From the NCBI RefSeq assembly GCF_006345805.1, contig NW_021834787.1:1-64000 (forward strand): a stretch of DNA of 64,000 bases. The letters are read 5' to 3'. Source of the stretch: Octopus sinensis (lineage: Eukaryota). The notes beneath the pieces are model-generated. The model had not been told where the DNA came from, did not search any database, and saw only the letters and a program-made list of their open reading frames with translations. Position 1 is the first letter of the stretch. Every line of letters begins with the position of its first letter. The position numbers and the translations under genes are program-made. Shown piece by piece: positions 37,210 to 56,000 of the stretch.

Positions 37210-37410
37210 ACCTCGTGAGTACCGCTGGCGATTTTTTTCCTCTGTCTTCCCTCTCGGGATCTTTCCTTCTATGTTCCCGACGAAGAGCTCCGCTCGAAAC
37301 GTTAAACCTCCTTCTTCCCTTCTTTCCTGAGCGGCCAATAATACTTTATTTGTTCCGCGTCCTCGCGTGTTGTGTTTTTTTGTGTTTTCTTGTTTGGATT
37401 AACTTTAATA
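37208..37410 (+). mobile_element. Short pLTR/retrozyme-like unit with decayed hammerhead (37273-37307)
   Basis: GTTC-CCGACGA-A-GAGC(tcc)GCTC-GAAACGTT-AAAC; collinear with 380-575. Confidence 0.55.
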
Positions 37411-37429
37411 TATATATATATATTATATA

Positions 37430-37460
<31 letters not shown>

Positions 37461-37468
37461 CATATATA

Positions 37469-37816
37469 TATAAACAATTTATAAGTAAGGGTAAAAGAAA
37501 AAATTTCTAATGCCAAAATATGCTGAAAATAGACACAACGTCAATAACTATGTAATTTATCACTACAAGCACGCGTTTCGAAGATAGCCGACAGAAAAAA
37601 TTCCGTTATTACCATATCGGACCCGATTTCAGAGTTAGTTCATAAGAACCTTCCCTTCATCAGTGATAAATGCGGCAAAGAAATAAGTGAAATACTTACT
37701 TATATCCATGGAAGAAGTGAACACTAAGCCACGAGCACAACTAAGTACCCCTGTGTCTATTTTCGGCATATTTTGGCATTAGACTTTTTTTCTTTTGCCC
37801 TTATAAATTGTTTATA
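37469..37816. repeat. ~68-bp inverted repeats (37469-37537 / 37752-37816), PLE-like
   Basis: aagggtaaaagaaaaaatttctaatgccaaaatatgctgaaaatagacaca versus its reverse complement. Confidence 0.75.
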
Positions 37817-37896
37817 AATTTAACCTTTAAAGGTGTTTTTTAATATGCTGGCCATTGATAGATTTTTTTCGAAAAATTTTATCCTATATTATATAT

Positions 37897-37927
<31 letters not shown>

Positions 37928-38616
37928 ATATGTATGTATGTGTGTGTGCGAGCGTGTGAGTAGTGCGTATGTGTGAGTTGTGTGTGTGTAGATATGAGAC
38001 ACATGTGTGACCATAGAACATGATTACCACATTATTTTGCTGAATCCATCATATATATATATATATTATATATATATATATATTATATATATAATATATA
38101 TATATATATATAGACACCTGTGTGTGTGTGTTTTCTGAAATGTCTTTCCCCCCACTCTCTCTTTCTCTCTCATTCTGTGAAATGTATCTCCATTTTGAAT
38201 GTAACACTATGCAGATTCTTTATAAACATTAGTAAACACACACAGATTCTCACACACATGCATACTCACACACACACACCACACACACAAACACACACAC
38301 ACATACACACACAAACACACACACACACACCACACACACACACACACTATATACGCTCATGCACACATACACACATAGCTTTCATCATTTATTTGTTTCC
38401 TTCCTATGGACGGCGGCCATGCTGGCAGTACGGCCTGGAAGAAGAGTTCAGTGGAATAAATCGGCCTCAGTACTCATTTTCAAGTTCGATACTTAGTCCA
38501 CTGGTTATCTTTGTCGAACCGCTAGGCACCGTGGCGTGGGTGGGGCCGTAAACGAACCGACACCAGTTGTCAAGCGGTGGGCGTGGGGAGGTGACAAACA
38601 CAAACACACAGACACG

Positions 38617-39185
38617 AAATACCTATTTTTTACTTGCCACAAGGGGCTAAACACAGAGGGGACAAGCGGATTAAGTCGATTACAATGACTCCAGTGCGTA
38701 ACCGGTATTTATTTAATCGACCCCGAAAGGATGAAAGGCAAAGTCGACCTCGGCGGAATTTGAACTCAGAACGTAACGGCAGACGAAATACCGCTAAGCA
38801 TTTTGCCCAGCGTACTAACAATTCTGCCAGCTCATCGCCATTTTTGAATCTATATATCCTTTTCTACTCTAGGCACAAGGCCCGAAATTTTGAGAGAGGC
38901 GGGAGTCGATTAAATCTACTCCGGTAGGTAACTGGTACTTAATTTATCGACTCGGAAAGGATGAAAGGCAAAGTCGACCTCGGCGGAATTTGAACTCAGA
39001 ACGGAAAGACAGATGAAATACCTTTTTCTTTACTACCCACAAGGGGCTAAACACAGAGAGGACAAACAAGGACAGGCAAACGGATTAAGTCGTTTATATC
39101 GACCCCAGTGCGTAACTGGTATTTAAATGTATCGACCCCGAAAGGATGAAAGGCAAAGTCGACCTCGGCGGAATTTGAACCAAGA
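38617..39185 (-). mobile_element. Cluster of three Meta-domain-like SINEs
   Basis: Three aaggatgaaaggcaaagtcgacctcggcggaatttgaactc cores. Confidence 0.8.
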
Positions 39186-39489
39186 ACATATCACACTCCA
39201 CCACACACACACACACACATCTACACACTCACACGTATAGCCGACGGGCTTCCATACAGTTTCTGTCTACTAAATTCACTCACAAGACTTTGGTCTGTCC
39301 TGGGGCTATAATAGAAGACACATGCCAAAGGTACTTTGCAGATGTGTGTATGTGTGCACATGTACGTACATAAGTTTGTGTATATGTGAGAGTGTGTGTG
39401 CGTGTGTGTATGTGTGTATGCGTATGTTTGTATCTATGTGTGTGCGTATGTATGCATGCAAATATAAGCCAATGTATCATAACAAGTGC

Positions 39490-39593
<104 letters not shown>

Positions 39594-39594
39594 T

Positions 39595-39661
<67 letters not shown>

Positions 39662-39702
39662 GTCTGTCTGTCAGTCTGTCTGTCTGTCTGTCTGTCTGTC
39701 TT

Positions 39703-39738
<36 letters not shown>

Positions 39739-40218
39739 CTTATATCTCTCTCTCTCTCGCTATGTATGTATGTATGTATTTATGTATGTATCTATCTATC
39801 TATCTATACACACATACATATATACATACGTACAAACATACATACAGACATACCAAACATTAACGTGTGTGTGTGTATGTATTGTATGTATGTATGTATA
39901 TACACACACCATTGTATACCTGTGCACGTGTTTGTTTTCAAATAATAACTTGACAATGCCACTCACCTGTCACAAATATCACCTTAGTTTCAGCTGGCGA
40001 GTCACGGGTGTTTGAGACACCGTCACCACTGCCAAACCCACCTAAACCAACAATATTACAATCACGGCCTGAAACCACCACCACAGCAACAACCATGACG
40101 ACTACTACTAGTACCGATAGCAATAATAATATATTAATTTTTCAGCATGTCTCGCTACAATTGCAGCGTGCAAGGTGTTTATAAGCCATTTAACAAACAC
40201 ACAAAACCGTTAGATTCA

Positions 40219-40300
40219 CAAAGCGACGAAAATATTTTGCCAAATTAAATTTAAATGTTGACATTTAAATTTAATTTGGCAAAATATTTTCGTCGCTTTG
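40219..40300. repeat. 82-bp palindrome (40-bp perfect arms, 2-nt loop)
   Basis: caaagcgacgaaaatattttgccaaattaaatttaaatgt-tg-acatttaaatttaatttggcaaaatattttcgtcgctttg. Confidence 0.95.
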
Positions 40301-40359
40301 AGTCCGCGACCTGTTCACTAACAAAATTCCATGCTGCATTTCCATTTCACTACTCCAGT

Positions 40360-40807
40360 AAGATCTTTTCGGTTTGAACTGCAGTTTTTAACATAATTTC
40401 TAGGTAACTAAAAAATTTAAACTTCGTATACTGGTAGAATGTGTTTATGAAACATCTTTTTCTCTTGGCTTTATTGAGAAAATTCTATAGTTTGTAAGAT
40501 ATTTGTTGCTATTTTTTTCTTCAATTTCTTCAATTTAAACCAATCAATGACCGTCTATTGAGGTGAAAACATTCTCTGCCGTATGAATGTGTCCTTCGTT
40601 TAAGAAACAGTTTGGGTTTATTTACATTTGTGAAGAAAAAAAGATAACCTTCCCCCCACCCCTAACCCTAACCCTAACTAACCCTAACTCTAACCCTAAC
40701 CCTAAATTAGATTGAAATGCAATAGATCGATACTAGGGTCATAATTATGGGTGACAATTTCATATGACACTGCTAGAAAAAACTGCCGTTCAAACCGAAA
40801 AGATCCC
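40360..40807. mobile_element. Second copy of the (CCCTAA)n-containing MITE
   Basis: TIR agatcttttcggtttgaac / gttcaaaccgaaaagatccc; TCCAGT at 40354-59 and 40808-13. Confidence 0.85.
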
Positions 40808-41139
40808 TCCAGTTCTTTTTACGTTAGCAACAGTTTCAGCTTAACAATAATACTTTGTTGAGTGCATAAAATCGTAACTCCATGCATGTATGATATTTTC
40901 AGTCAGACATATTTTTGAAAAATTGTCGTATGTGGGACTTACTACATTTTTAGAAAATGCTAAACTACTGAACTACACTTGGACAATTTTCATATCTTGG
41001 CACCTGAAGCAGCTGGAGATAACCAAAAGAACCGACTATTGCAAGCAAAATTAAATATAGAAAAAAAGCAAAACAAAAAAAACACGCATTTGGCCAAATT
41101 TGAACATACGACAGTTTAACATAATAGCAACCAATAAGT

Positions 41140-41876
41140 TTTTTATTCTTTTACTTGTTTCAGTCACTTTGACTGTGTTTTTTTTTAGTCGAAGTAGTCG
41201 ACTCCAGGACTTATTCTTCGTAAGCCTTGTACTTATACTATCGGTCTCTTTTGCCGAACCACTAAGTTACGTGAATCTAAACACACCAATATCGGTTGTC
41301 AAGCGATGTTGAAGGGGTCAAACACAGACGCAGACACAAACACACACACACACACACACACCACACACACAACACACACACACACACACACACACACACC
41401 ACACACACACACACACATATATTAAAAATTATAATTTAGGGTATCTAACAGATACCACCACGCTGGAAATAGCAGCCAAAACCTGACTCTAAAACCAGAT
41501 CAAATGTTCATACAGCACCAGGAGAGAAGATAAAAAACAAAATAAACTGGCTAAAAATTACTGGATAATTCCAGATCCCGGATTTCTGGATTTGTATTAG
41601 AAATGCTTTGTCTCTTCAGTGGAATATACACAGAAAAGTAACACAAATACACACACATATATATACAGATAACATACGAATACTTACATGTAATTTTAAA
41701 TATATATATACGACGGGCTTCTTTCAGTTTCCGTTTACCAAATCTACTCACAAGGCTTTGGTTGGCCTGATGCTATAGTAGTAGACACTTAGCAAAGTTG
41801 CCAAACGCAGTGGGATTGAACGCAGAACCATGTGGTTAGGAAGCAAGCTTCATACCACACAGCCACCCCGGCGCCT
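41140..41876 (-). mobile_element. SINE family A split by ~360 bp of other sequence
   Basis: 3' half 41140-41345 and 5' half 41706-41876. Confidence 0.65.
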
Positions 41877-42224
41877 ATTTAAGAAAATATCTTAAATGTG
41901 TGATATGGTTTTATTTTCTCGTCTCTTTCCGTTGAGTCATTTTTATATGAGTGTGCATATGTGTGCAGGTGTGTGTGTGTGCGTGTGTGTGTGGTGTGTG
42001 TGTGTGTGTGTGTATGCATGTGTGTTAAAGAGTTTGCAACACCACCGCTGGACGACATGTTTTTTTTATTGCGTTTAACTTTACTGTTTTCTGATTTATC
42101 TTCAAAATATTGTAAACATAAAATGGCCAACATAAACTTTGGGAATAAACATTATTACATTCCTCATAACTGATAGATTTCGTTAAAATTTGTTTGGATT
42201 GAATCATAACAAACCCTCCTTTTC

Positions 42225-42300
<76 letters not shown>

Positions 42301-42414
42301 AAATGCGACAAGAACGCAAAACATCCAAATAGACGATACAAAAAAAAAACACGGACGGGTCATTCGAAGCCTTTAATCTTCAGTCAAGAACCGGATCACC
42401 TCGCAATTTCGGCT

Positions 42415-42557
42415 GATTAATCTTTAGATTGCTCCAATCTGGCCAGCCTTAAGGAAAACTAAGCTAAGAGCATTAGATTCTCGGAAAAGGATCGAATGTA
42501 TACGAAACAAGGACACACACATATATCTATATATATATATACTACATATACATAAAT

Positions 42558-42648
<91 letters not shown>

Positions 42649-42791
42649 ATTTATGTATATATGTATGTATATATATATATATATATGTGTGGTCCTTGTT
42701 TCGTATACATTCGATCCTTTTTCCGAGGAATCTAATGCTCTTAGCTTAGTTTTCCTTAAGGCTGGCCAGATTGGAGCAATCTAAAGATTAA

Positions 42792-42793
<2 letters not shown>
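42415..42793. repeat. ~105-bp near-perfect inverted repeats around a (TA)/(TATG) tract
   Basis: 42415-42520 versus 42687-42793. Confidence 0.9.
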
Positions 42794-42859
<66 letters not shown>

Positions 42860-42933
42860 ATATATATATATATATATATAATATAAAAAACAAGTCAAAA
42901 ATAGAAAATGCTAAAATAATTTTATAGTGAACA

Positions 42934-42977
42934 TTTCAGTACCGGTTTCGGTCATTTTGAGACCTTTTCAATTGTAA
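42934..42977 (-). ncRNA. Variant U3:A8 hammerhead in the PLE 3' pLTR
   Basis: TTACAA-TTGAAAA-GGTC(tcaaaat)GACC-GAAACCGGTA-CTGAAA. Confidence 0.7.
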
Positions 42978-43694
42978 CGATTAAATAATTAAATTTAGAA
43001 AAATTAGAAGAACAGTTTTTTTAAAGGAATATTTCTATAGTAGTGTTCAGATATAAGTGGCATTCTGCCTTTCTCTGACTCCCTTGTTTGCACTTGTGTG
43101 TTGGAAGTCGTTGTGAGTTCTTGGTAGGGTAGTAGAGGAAGAAGGCTGATGAGGAAAGGGAGTGGGAGAATCTGGGAGTGCCCTGATGGTCGTATTTTGA
43201 ATGGTTAGTGGCGGCTGGCAGTCGCAGTTCAATTCAGGAGAATATTTCTATTGAAAGGCTTGTTTATAGAATTTGCGTAGGTGTTATACTAAAAAACATT
43301 AGTGACAAAGTTAAGGGGTAGAAGGTGGAGAAGTAGTAGTAGTAGAAGAAGAAGAAGAAGAAGAAGAAGAAGAAGAAGAAGAAGAAGAAGAAGAAGATGA
43401 CGATGTTGATGATGATGATGAAGAAGAAGAAGGGGAAGATGACGATGATGGTGATGGTGGTGATGATTATGACGACGATGATGATCATAATGATGATGAT
43501 GAAGAAGAAGAGGAAGAAGAAGAAAAAAACAGAGAAGGGAGAATATGAATGGGTTAAAGTAGTGAGGTGTTGTATGACTTGAAGTTAGCATGTTATGGAT
43601 TATAGCTGTGATTTTAGCTGTGATTAGTAGTGGATTCTTTGGAATGTAATATTTGTGTGTGAATATTTCTTTTATTCTAAAGTTGAGGTATATT

Positions 43695-45400
43695 AATTGT
43701 TTGTCGTAGACCCGTTAAGAAGTGGCCTGTATTTTGCAATAAAGAGAGTTTCTTTACTTATTCGTTGTCTCGAGGTTGTATCGTCCCTAAATTGTAGAGG
43801 GGGAAAATCCTGAAGCTTGGTATTTTTTTGTTGGCGCAAGTATCTATGTGTTGGCTAAAAGCTATTTTCTGTTTTGGGGAATTTTTATCTGGGATCTGTG
43901 CAGGGCCATTCGTTTACGCAAACTATTTTTTGTTTGGCCTATGTACTGCTCTTGACACCCGGAGCAGGTTAGTGAGTATATTAGGTTCTCCGAAGCACAT
44001 GTGAAGTTGCTTTTCACTGTAAACCGTTGTCCCTGTTTGAAGGAGAACTCTGATCCCTCAATTAGATAGTCGCATATCCCGCAATTGGGTCTTCCACATT
44101 TTTTTACTGTCGGCTTCTGTGTTGAAGAGTGAATTCGGGCTTGTGTTAGGAGACTTTTCATGGATTTAGGCTGTCTCTTGCTTTTTATGATCGTGTGTGT
44201 TTGGAGGATTGTGTTCATTCTGTGGTCTTTTTTTAGGAGGGGTATGTTGTGGAGGATGGTGCCGAAGGCTTCGTTATTGAGAGGGTTGTGTGTGGAGATG
44301 TATGGTAAGGCTTTTGGTTGTAAGTTTTTCTTTGATTTGGGATGTCTCAGTTCCTTGATGTTAAGTTGAAGGGCACGTTGAATGCACTTGTCAATAAGTG
44401 AAGGTGGATAGTTCCTGGTGATAAGGGTATCTTTTAGTTCTTGTAGTCGTGTGTCTCTGGTGTTTGCGTTCGAGACTATAGTGCATATCCTTTTTGCTAG
44501 GTTGAAGGGGATATTCATCCTGGTGTGTCTGGGGTGGCATGAATTGAATGGAAGATATTGCTTAGAGTCTGTAGGCTTATAATATATGTCTGTTTCTATT
44601 ATATTATTAGCTTTCTTAATGAGGATATCGAGGAAGGGGAGTTGTTGCTGGCTATATTCCATCGTGAATTGGATGTTTACGTCCAGTCCGTTTAAAATTT
44701 CCTGGAATTCTATGAGTTTTTCTATATTTTTATGCCAAAGGATGAAACAGTCATCTAGATATCTCTTCCAGTTGTTTTCTATGTAGATGGAGAAAGGGCT
44801 GCCATATCTTTCTAGAACCTTACGATACAGACTGATCTCTAGATATCCTATGACTAGGTTGGCAAAGGAGGGGGCCATTCGTGTACCCATCGCAGTCCCC
44901 GATTTTTGTCGGTAGAAGTTGTCATTGAAGGCGAAGTTATTTTCCAGGATGAATTTAACCCCTTCTATCACGAATTCTTTTTTGATGCGATGTGGTAGTT
45001 CGTTGGCGTGATTTTCTAGCCAGAATTGGATTGCCTCTAGTCCTAGGTTGTGGGGGATATTGGAGTAGAGGTTGACTACATCGAAGGATACCAGTATGGT
45101 GTTTTTGTTTGTAGTATTCGGTAGGTGATTGAGCATATCTAAGTCGTCCCTTATATAGCTTTTGACATGTTTTAGGAGTGGTTTTAACAGGGTGTCTAAA
45201 AAGTTACTGAGGCGGTGGGTTTCGCATGCGGGACCTGCTATTATGGGTCTCAATTTGAGGTCATTAGGATTAGGGACTTTAATTATTTTGTCTGTAGCTA
45301 TCTTGCATGCGTTGCTTATTTTCTCACTTTTGTGGATCTTAGGTATACCGTAGAATTGGCTGGTTTTGCTTGTGAAATTGGTCATATAATCATATTCTTT
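43695..45400 (-). CDS. PLE reverse transcriptase plus GIY-YIG endonuclease (5'-truncated; frameshifts after 43862)
   Basis: FYGIPKIHK, LRPII, SFDVVNLYSNIP, GTAMGT, RYLDDCF, LPFLD, CGRPNCGIC, NLIYSLTCSGCQEQYIGQT; >500 codons open. Confidence 0.9.
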
Positions 45401-45455
45401 GTATATATATATACATAATATATATACATAATACACCGATTATATATAATCATAT

Positions 45456-45520
<65 letters not shown>

Positions 45521-46016
45521 GCATACATACATGTATATATGTACATATGTATATATGGGTACAGGACGTCACAAAACGTAAACAACATGAAATACGAAGG
45601 CAAACTTGGTTATGCGATCAACGAGAAAAGAAAATGGAAAACAAGACAAGTAACATAAACAACGACCCTTCATCAGTTGTCGGCTGTTAATCTGCTCCAC
45701 ATTTCGAGCAATTAACGACAATATGAAGCCTCAAAAAACAGTTGCTCCCGCAAATCTCAAATTTTATTTTGGTTCACGGGTGCAATTTTTTTACGAAGCC
45801 TTTCATCCTTTCGGGGATCGATAAATTAAGTACCAGATGCGCACTGGGGTCAATCTAATCGACTGGCCCTCTCCCCAAAAATTACGGGCCTTGTGCCTAG
45901 CGCAGATAAGAATAATTCATGTATGTATGTATGTATGTATGTATGTATGTATGTATGTATGTATGTATGTATGTATGTATCCATCTATTTATCTATCTAT
46001 CTATCTCTCTATCTAC

Positions 46017-47164
46017 GGACGTGCTGTCACTTCGGCTCACACGAAAACTATTGACAAAAACAACAGCAACAACAAGAACAACAATAAAAATGAACTATCT
46101 AATAGTGAAGATGTTAATACAAAAAAATCAACAACACCAGTAAATTTCGCTGACACTCTTCGCCAGAAGAAGGAGATTGTAACATTTACAAATGAAGAGC
46201 TCATAGAAACAAGAGCTCTCTTTACAACCTGTGGACAAGATTTAGTGCTGCATACACCTCAACACATAAAGCAAGAAATAGAAAATAAGACAATTATTTA
46301 TAAAACTATAAGAAAAAACAAAAAACTAAATGAACAGATTACAAAAACGGTCCCATACTATAAAAACCAGAGAGTGAGTCGAATCACTATTAAAAATGTA
46401 CCTCCCGAGATTCCTAACAAATGGATAACAGGGGCAATCTGTTACCATTTAAAAAATATCAACATTTTGGAAACCGCCGTGTACCTTGGCGACATTTGGG
46501 GTGGGAAGACAATAGTGGTGACCATAAAGATTGAGGGGGCCTCTATCGAGAGCCTACCGGATAAGATCCACTTGGAAAATGGGCAATGCCTATATGTTGT
46601 AGCAGAAGGCAAAAAGCCTAGATGCTACAACTGTGGCAGCCCCGAACATTTAATTGCCAAGTGCGCACTGGTACAGAAAAAACAAGAAAGAACAAATCAG
46701 AAAACAAATAAAAAACCCTTGTTGCCAACACCAACACCAACACACTCAATTATGGAACAATGCCAAGAAAAACAACAAACCAGCAAACAAACCCCAACAA
46801 CATCACCAAGAAAAGAAACAGTACCAACACAATCACCGTTGACGTCATAACCAATTAAACATGTTGAATCAACAAAAAATAGACCAACACCCACACCGAG
46901 GACGACAATTAAAAAGACAGAAAACAGTGACGAGAAGACAAATTCTACCCCTAACACGACAACAACACAAACACGCACAAAACATCAACAATTTCTACAA
47001 GCATACATATGAACCCAAATGCTTTGCCTCTACCCCATACTGATACGTCGGACGACGAAAGTTCGACGGAATGGCAAATAGCCACAGGGGGCAAAAGGAA
47101 AAGATCCAAAAACTCCACCAAACAAGGAAGTAAAGCAGGGAGATATCTAACTTCGGACAACATC

Positions 47165-47171
<7 letters not shown>
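46017..47171 (+). mobile_element. Tx1/L1-clade LINE subfamily A, 5' part (ORF1) with a 466-bp deletion
   Basis: Starts GGACGTGCTGTCACTTCGGCTC after (TCTA); RITIKNVP RRM-like segment, CYNCGSPEHLIAKC knuckle; 46036-47171 almost identical to 53552-54686. Confidence 0.85.
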
Positions 47172-53066
<5,895 letters not shown>

Positions 53067-56000
53067 GGACGTGCTGTCACTTCGGCTCCGAAGGTAATCG
53101 CTTATTTTGACTATTTATAGCCCATATTTTGTGTACATTTTTGCAAATAAGGTGTGTAAGGCACCCAACTTTCGTTTGAGTGCTTTTCCAAGGGAGGAAT
53201 TCGCCCCTAGGGGCAGTTTCAACCCCATTTCATTTCTGTAATTTTCTTCTCAACATTAAAAAATGTCGAGAAATTTTATTGTAGAACGCTGGTCGCGTTC
53301 TTTTATGGACCAGCATTTTCCTAGTCTGGAAACGCTAGAAGAAAAAAAGAACGTACGCACGCAAAGTGTAAACATGAATATCGGTGGAATGAACGCTGCA
53401 ACCACGTGCGGTAACAGCCCTGTCACCACCACCACTACCACTAACAACAGCAACCACGAGACTACTACTGCTACCGCCACCACCTCCACCACCACCACCA
53501 CCACCACCACCACCACCACTACCACGACCAACATAAATGATAAAAATAAAACTCACACGAAAACTATTGACAAAAACAACAGCAACAACAAGAACAACAA
53601 TAAAAATGAACTATCTAATAGTGAAGATGTTAATACAAAAAAATCAACAACACCAGTAAATTTCGCTGACACTCTTCGCCAGAAGAAGGAGATTGTAACA
53701 TTTACAAATGAAGAGCTCATAGAAACAAGAGCTCTCTTTACAACCTGTGGACAAGATTTAGTGCTGCATACACCTCAACACATAAAGCAAGAATAGAAAA
53801 TAAGACAATTATTTATAAAACTATAAGAAAAAACAAAAAACTAAACGAACAGATTACAAAAACGGTCCCATACTATAAAAACCAGAGAGTGAGTCGAATC
53901 ACTATTAAAAATGTACCTCCCGAGATTCCTAACAAATGGATAACAGGGGCAATCTGTTACCATTTAAAAAATATCAACATTTTGGAAACCGCCGTGTACC
54001 TTGGCGACATTTGGGGTGGGAAGACAATAGTGGTGACCATAAAGATTCAGGGGGCCTCTATCGAGAGCCTACCGGATAAGATCCACTTGGAAAATGGGCA
54101 ATGCCTATATGTTGTAGCAGAAGGCAAAAAGCCTAGATGCTACAACTGTGGCAGCCCCGAACATTTAATTGCCAAGTGCGCACTGGTACAGAAAAAACAA
54201 GAAAGAACAAATCAGAAAACAAATAAAAAACCCTTGTTGCCAACACCAACACCAACACACTCAATTATGAACAATGCCAAGAAAAACAACAAACCAGCAA
54301 ACAAACCCCAACAACATCACCAAGAAAAGAAACAGTACCAACACAATCACCGTTGACGTCATAACCAATTAAACATGTTGAATCAACAAAAAATAGACCA
54401 ACACCCACACCGAGGACGACAATTAAAAAGACAGAAAACAGTGACGAGAAGACAAATTCTACCCCTAACACGACAACAACACAAACACCGCACAAAACAT
54501 CAACAATTTCTACAAGCATACATATGAACCCAAATGCTTTGCCTCTACCCCATACTGATACGTCGGACGACGAAAGTTCGACGGAATGGCAAATAGCCAC
54601 AGGGGGTAAAAGGAAAAGATCCAAAAACTCCACCAAACAAGGAAGTAAAGCAGGGAGATATCTAACTTCGGACAACATCCCCCTAGACAATCAAAAAAGC
54701 AATGAAACCGTAAAACCACACACACAACTAACTGCAATAGACATTGACAATAAAGAATTAATGGACTACATCACATCCAGCACGGTCATCTGTGAAGATG
54801 ACTTTAAGACAAACAATCATCCGCACACCACACCACCGAAACACATCAGAATTTTACACATAACACAAGCACAACACCACATACTGAAAACAATATTTCC
54901 GAATGCGGTAGGCGGGTTTCAACGATACCTGTCGAAAAAACTATACAAACATCTCATCAAAACAATACAAAAGTAGAAGAAAAAAATGAAACTTTTAAAA
55001 TGAGTAAGTGACCACCCCTCTTGCCTCTTGTCTCTTCTAATGTAGTGTGTAAAACACAATTTTCGTAAATGTCAAGTATGCTTAAATTAGGTTGCGTGAA
55101 TGCGCGTGGCTTGGCGTCGGCTTGCAAGCAAGGTTACCTTCTAAACGACATCAAGTCACTGAATGTGGATATAGTAGCTATCAGTGAAACCAGACTCAGT
55201 AAGCCGCGGGCCCTCGAGTCCATGTTTGGCAATCAATTTGACATTTATTTTTCTCCCTGTCTGCCGAACATGGGTGGTGGAGTTACCGCGGTGCTTTTTC
55301 GAAAGAGTCTAAATGTAAAAGTAAGAGCAATATTCCTAGACCCGGAGGGTAGGCTGGTTGTCTTGGACGTGGATGGCAGAAATGGGTGTGCATTCCGTCT
55401 GATGGCAGTTTATGCACCGTCCTTAACGGGTCGGGCGGATTTCTTCAGACGTCTAGAGGTTTTCCTGGGTACGTCTAGACCTTTACTGTTAGTAGGGGAT
55501 TGGAACGCTACCTTAGACACGCATCTAGATTATGTAGGAAGGGATAGGAATAGAAGGGGGTGTAAGAGCCTCAAAGACCTGCTCAGACGTTTCCATTTGT
55601 CTGACAGGTTCCGACTCGACCATCCGAACGTGCCAACGTGGACTTGGACAAACCGCGTCGGATCGTCGAGATCTTATCTAGATAGAATTCTATGCAGGAC
55701 AGCGGATAGGGATAGTGTAGGATGTCCACAATTTAAAATAGTCAGCTACACAGATCACAAATTTGTTACGTGTACGCTCGACTTAGATAAAACACATAGG
55801 TAGGGTCCCGGTTACTGGAAACTGAACACGTCGCTGTTAGCGCGACAGGTTTACAGGAACCGGATTAGCGAGTTAATTAAGAGGGGGCTGACGGGAGCCG
55901 TCGTTAACAACCGCTGGTGGTACGCCCTGAAAATGGCAATAAAATCGGAATCAATTAGGTTTAGCAAGGAATTAGCGATAGAACGAAATAGAGTAGAGGG

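Larger units (their letters stand above)
42885..45400 (-). mobile_element. Neptune-like Penelope element, 5'-truncated, both ends in (TA)n
   Basis: RT plus Cys-rich linker plus GIY-YIG; 3'UTR with (CTT)/(CAT) tracts and hammerhead-bearing pLTR. Confidence 0.88.

Noticed and set aside
37555-37672. Minus-strand CTGATGA...GAAACGCGTG hammerhead-like motif
   Set aside because: GUG triplet, stem I interrupted by 7 nt and no clear stem II; at best a decayed relic
41000-41045. Hammerhead-like relics here and at ~42340-42410 and ~45670-45730 (minus)
   Set aside because: Several core positions are missing (CTGAAGC, GAAC, GAAT) and stems are incomplete
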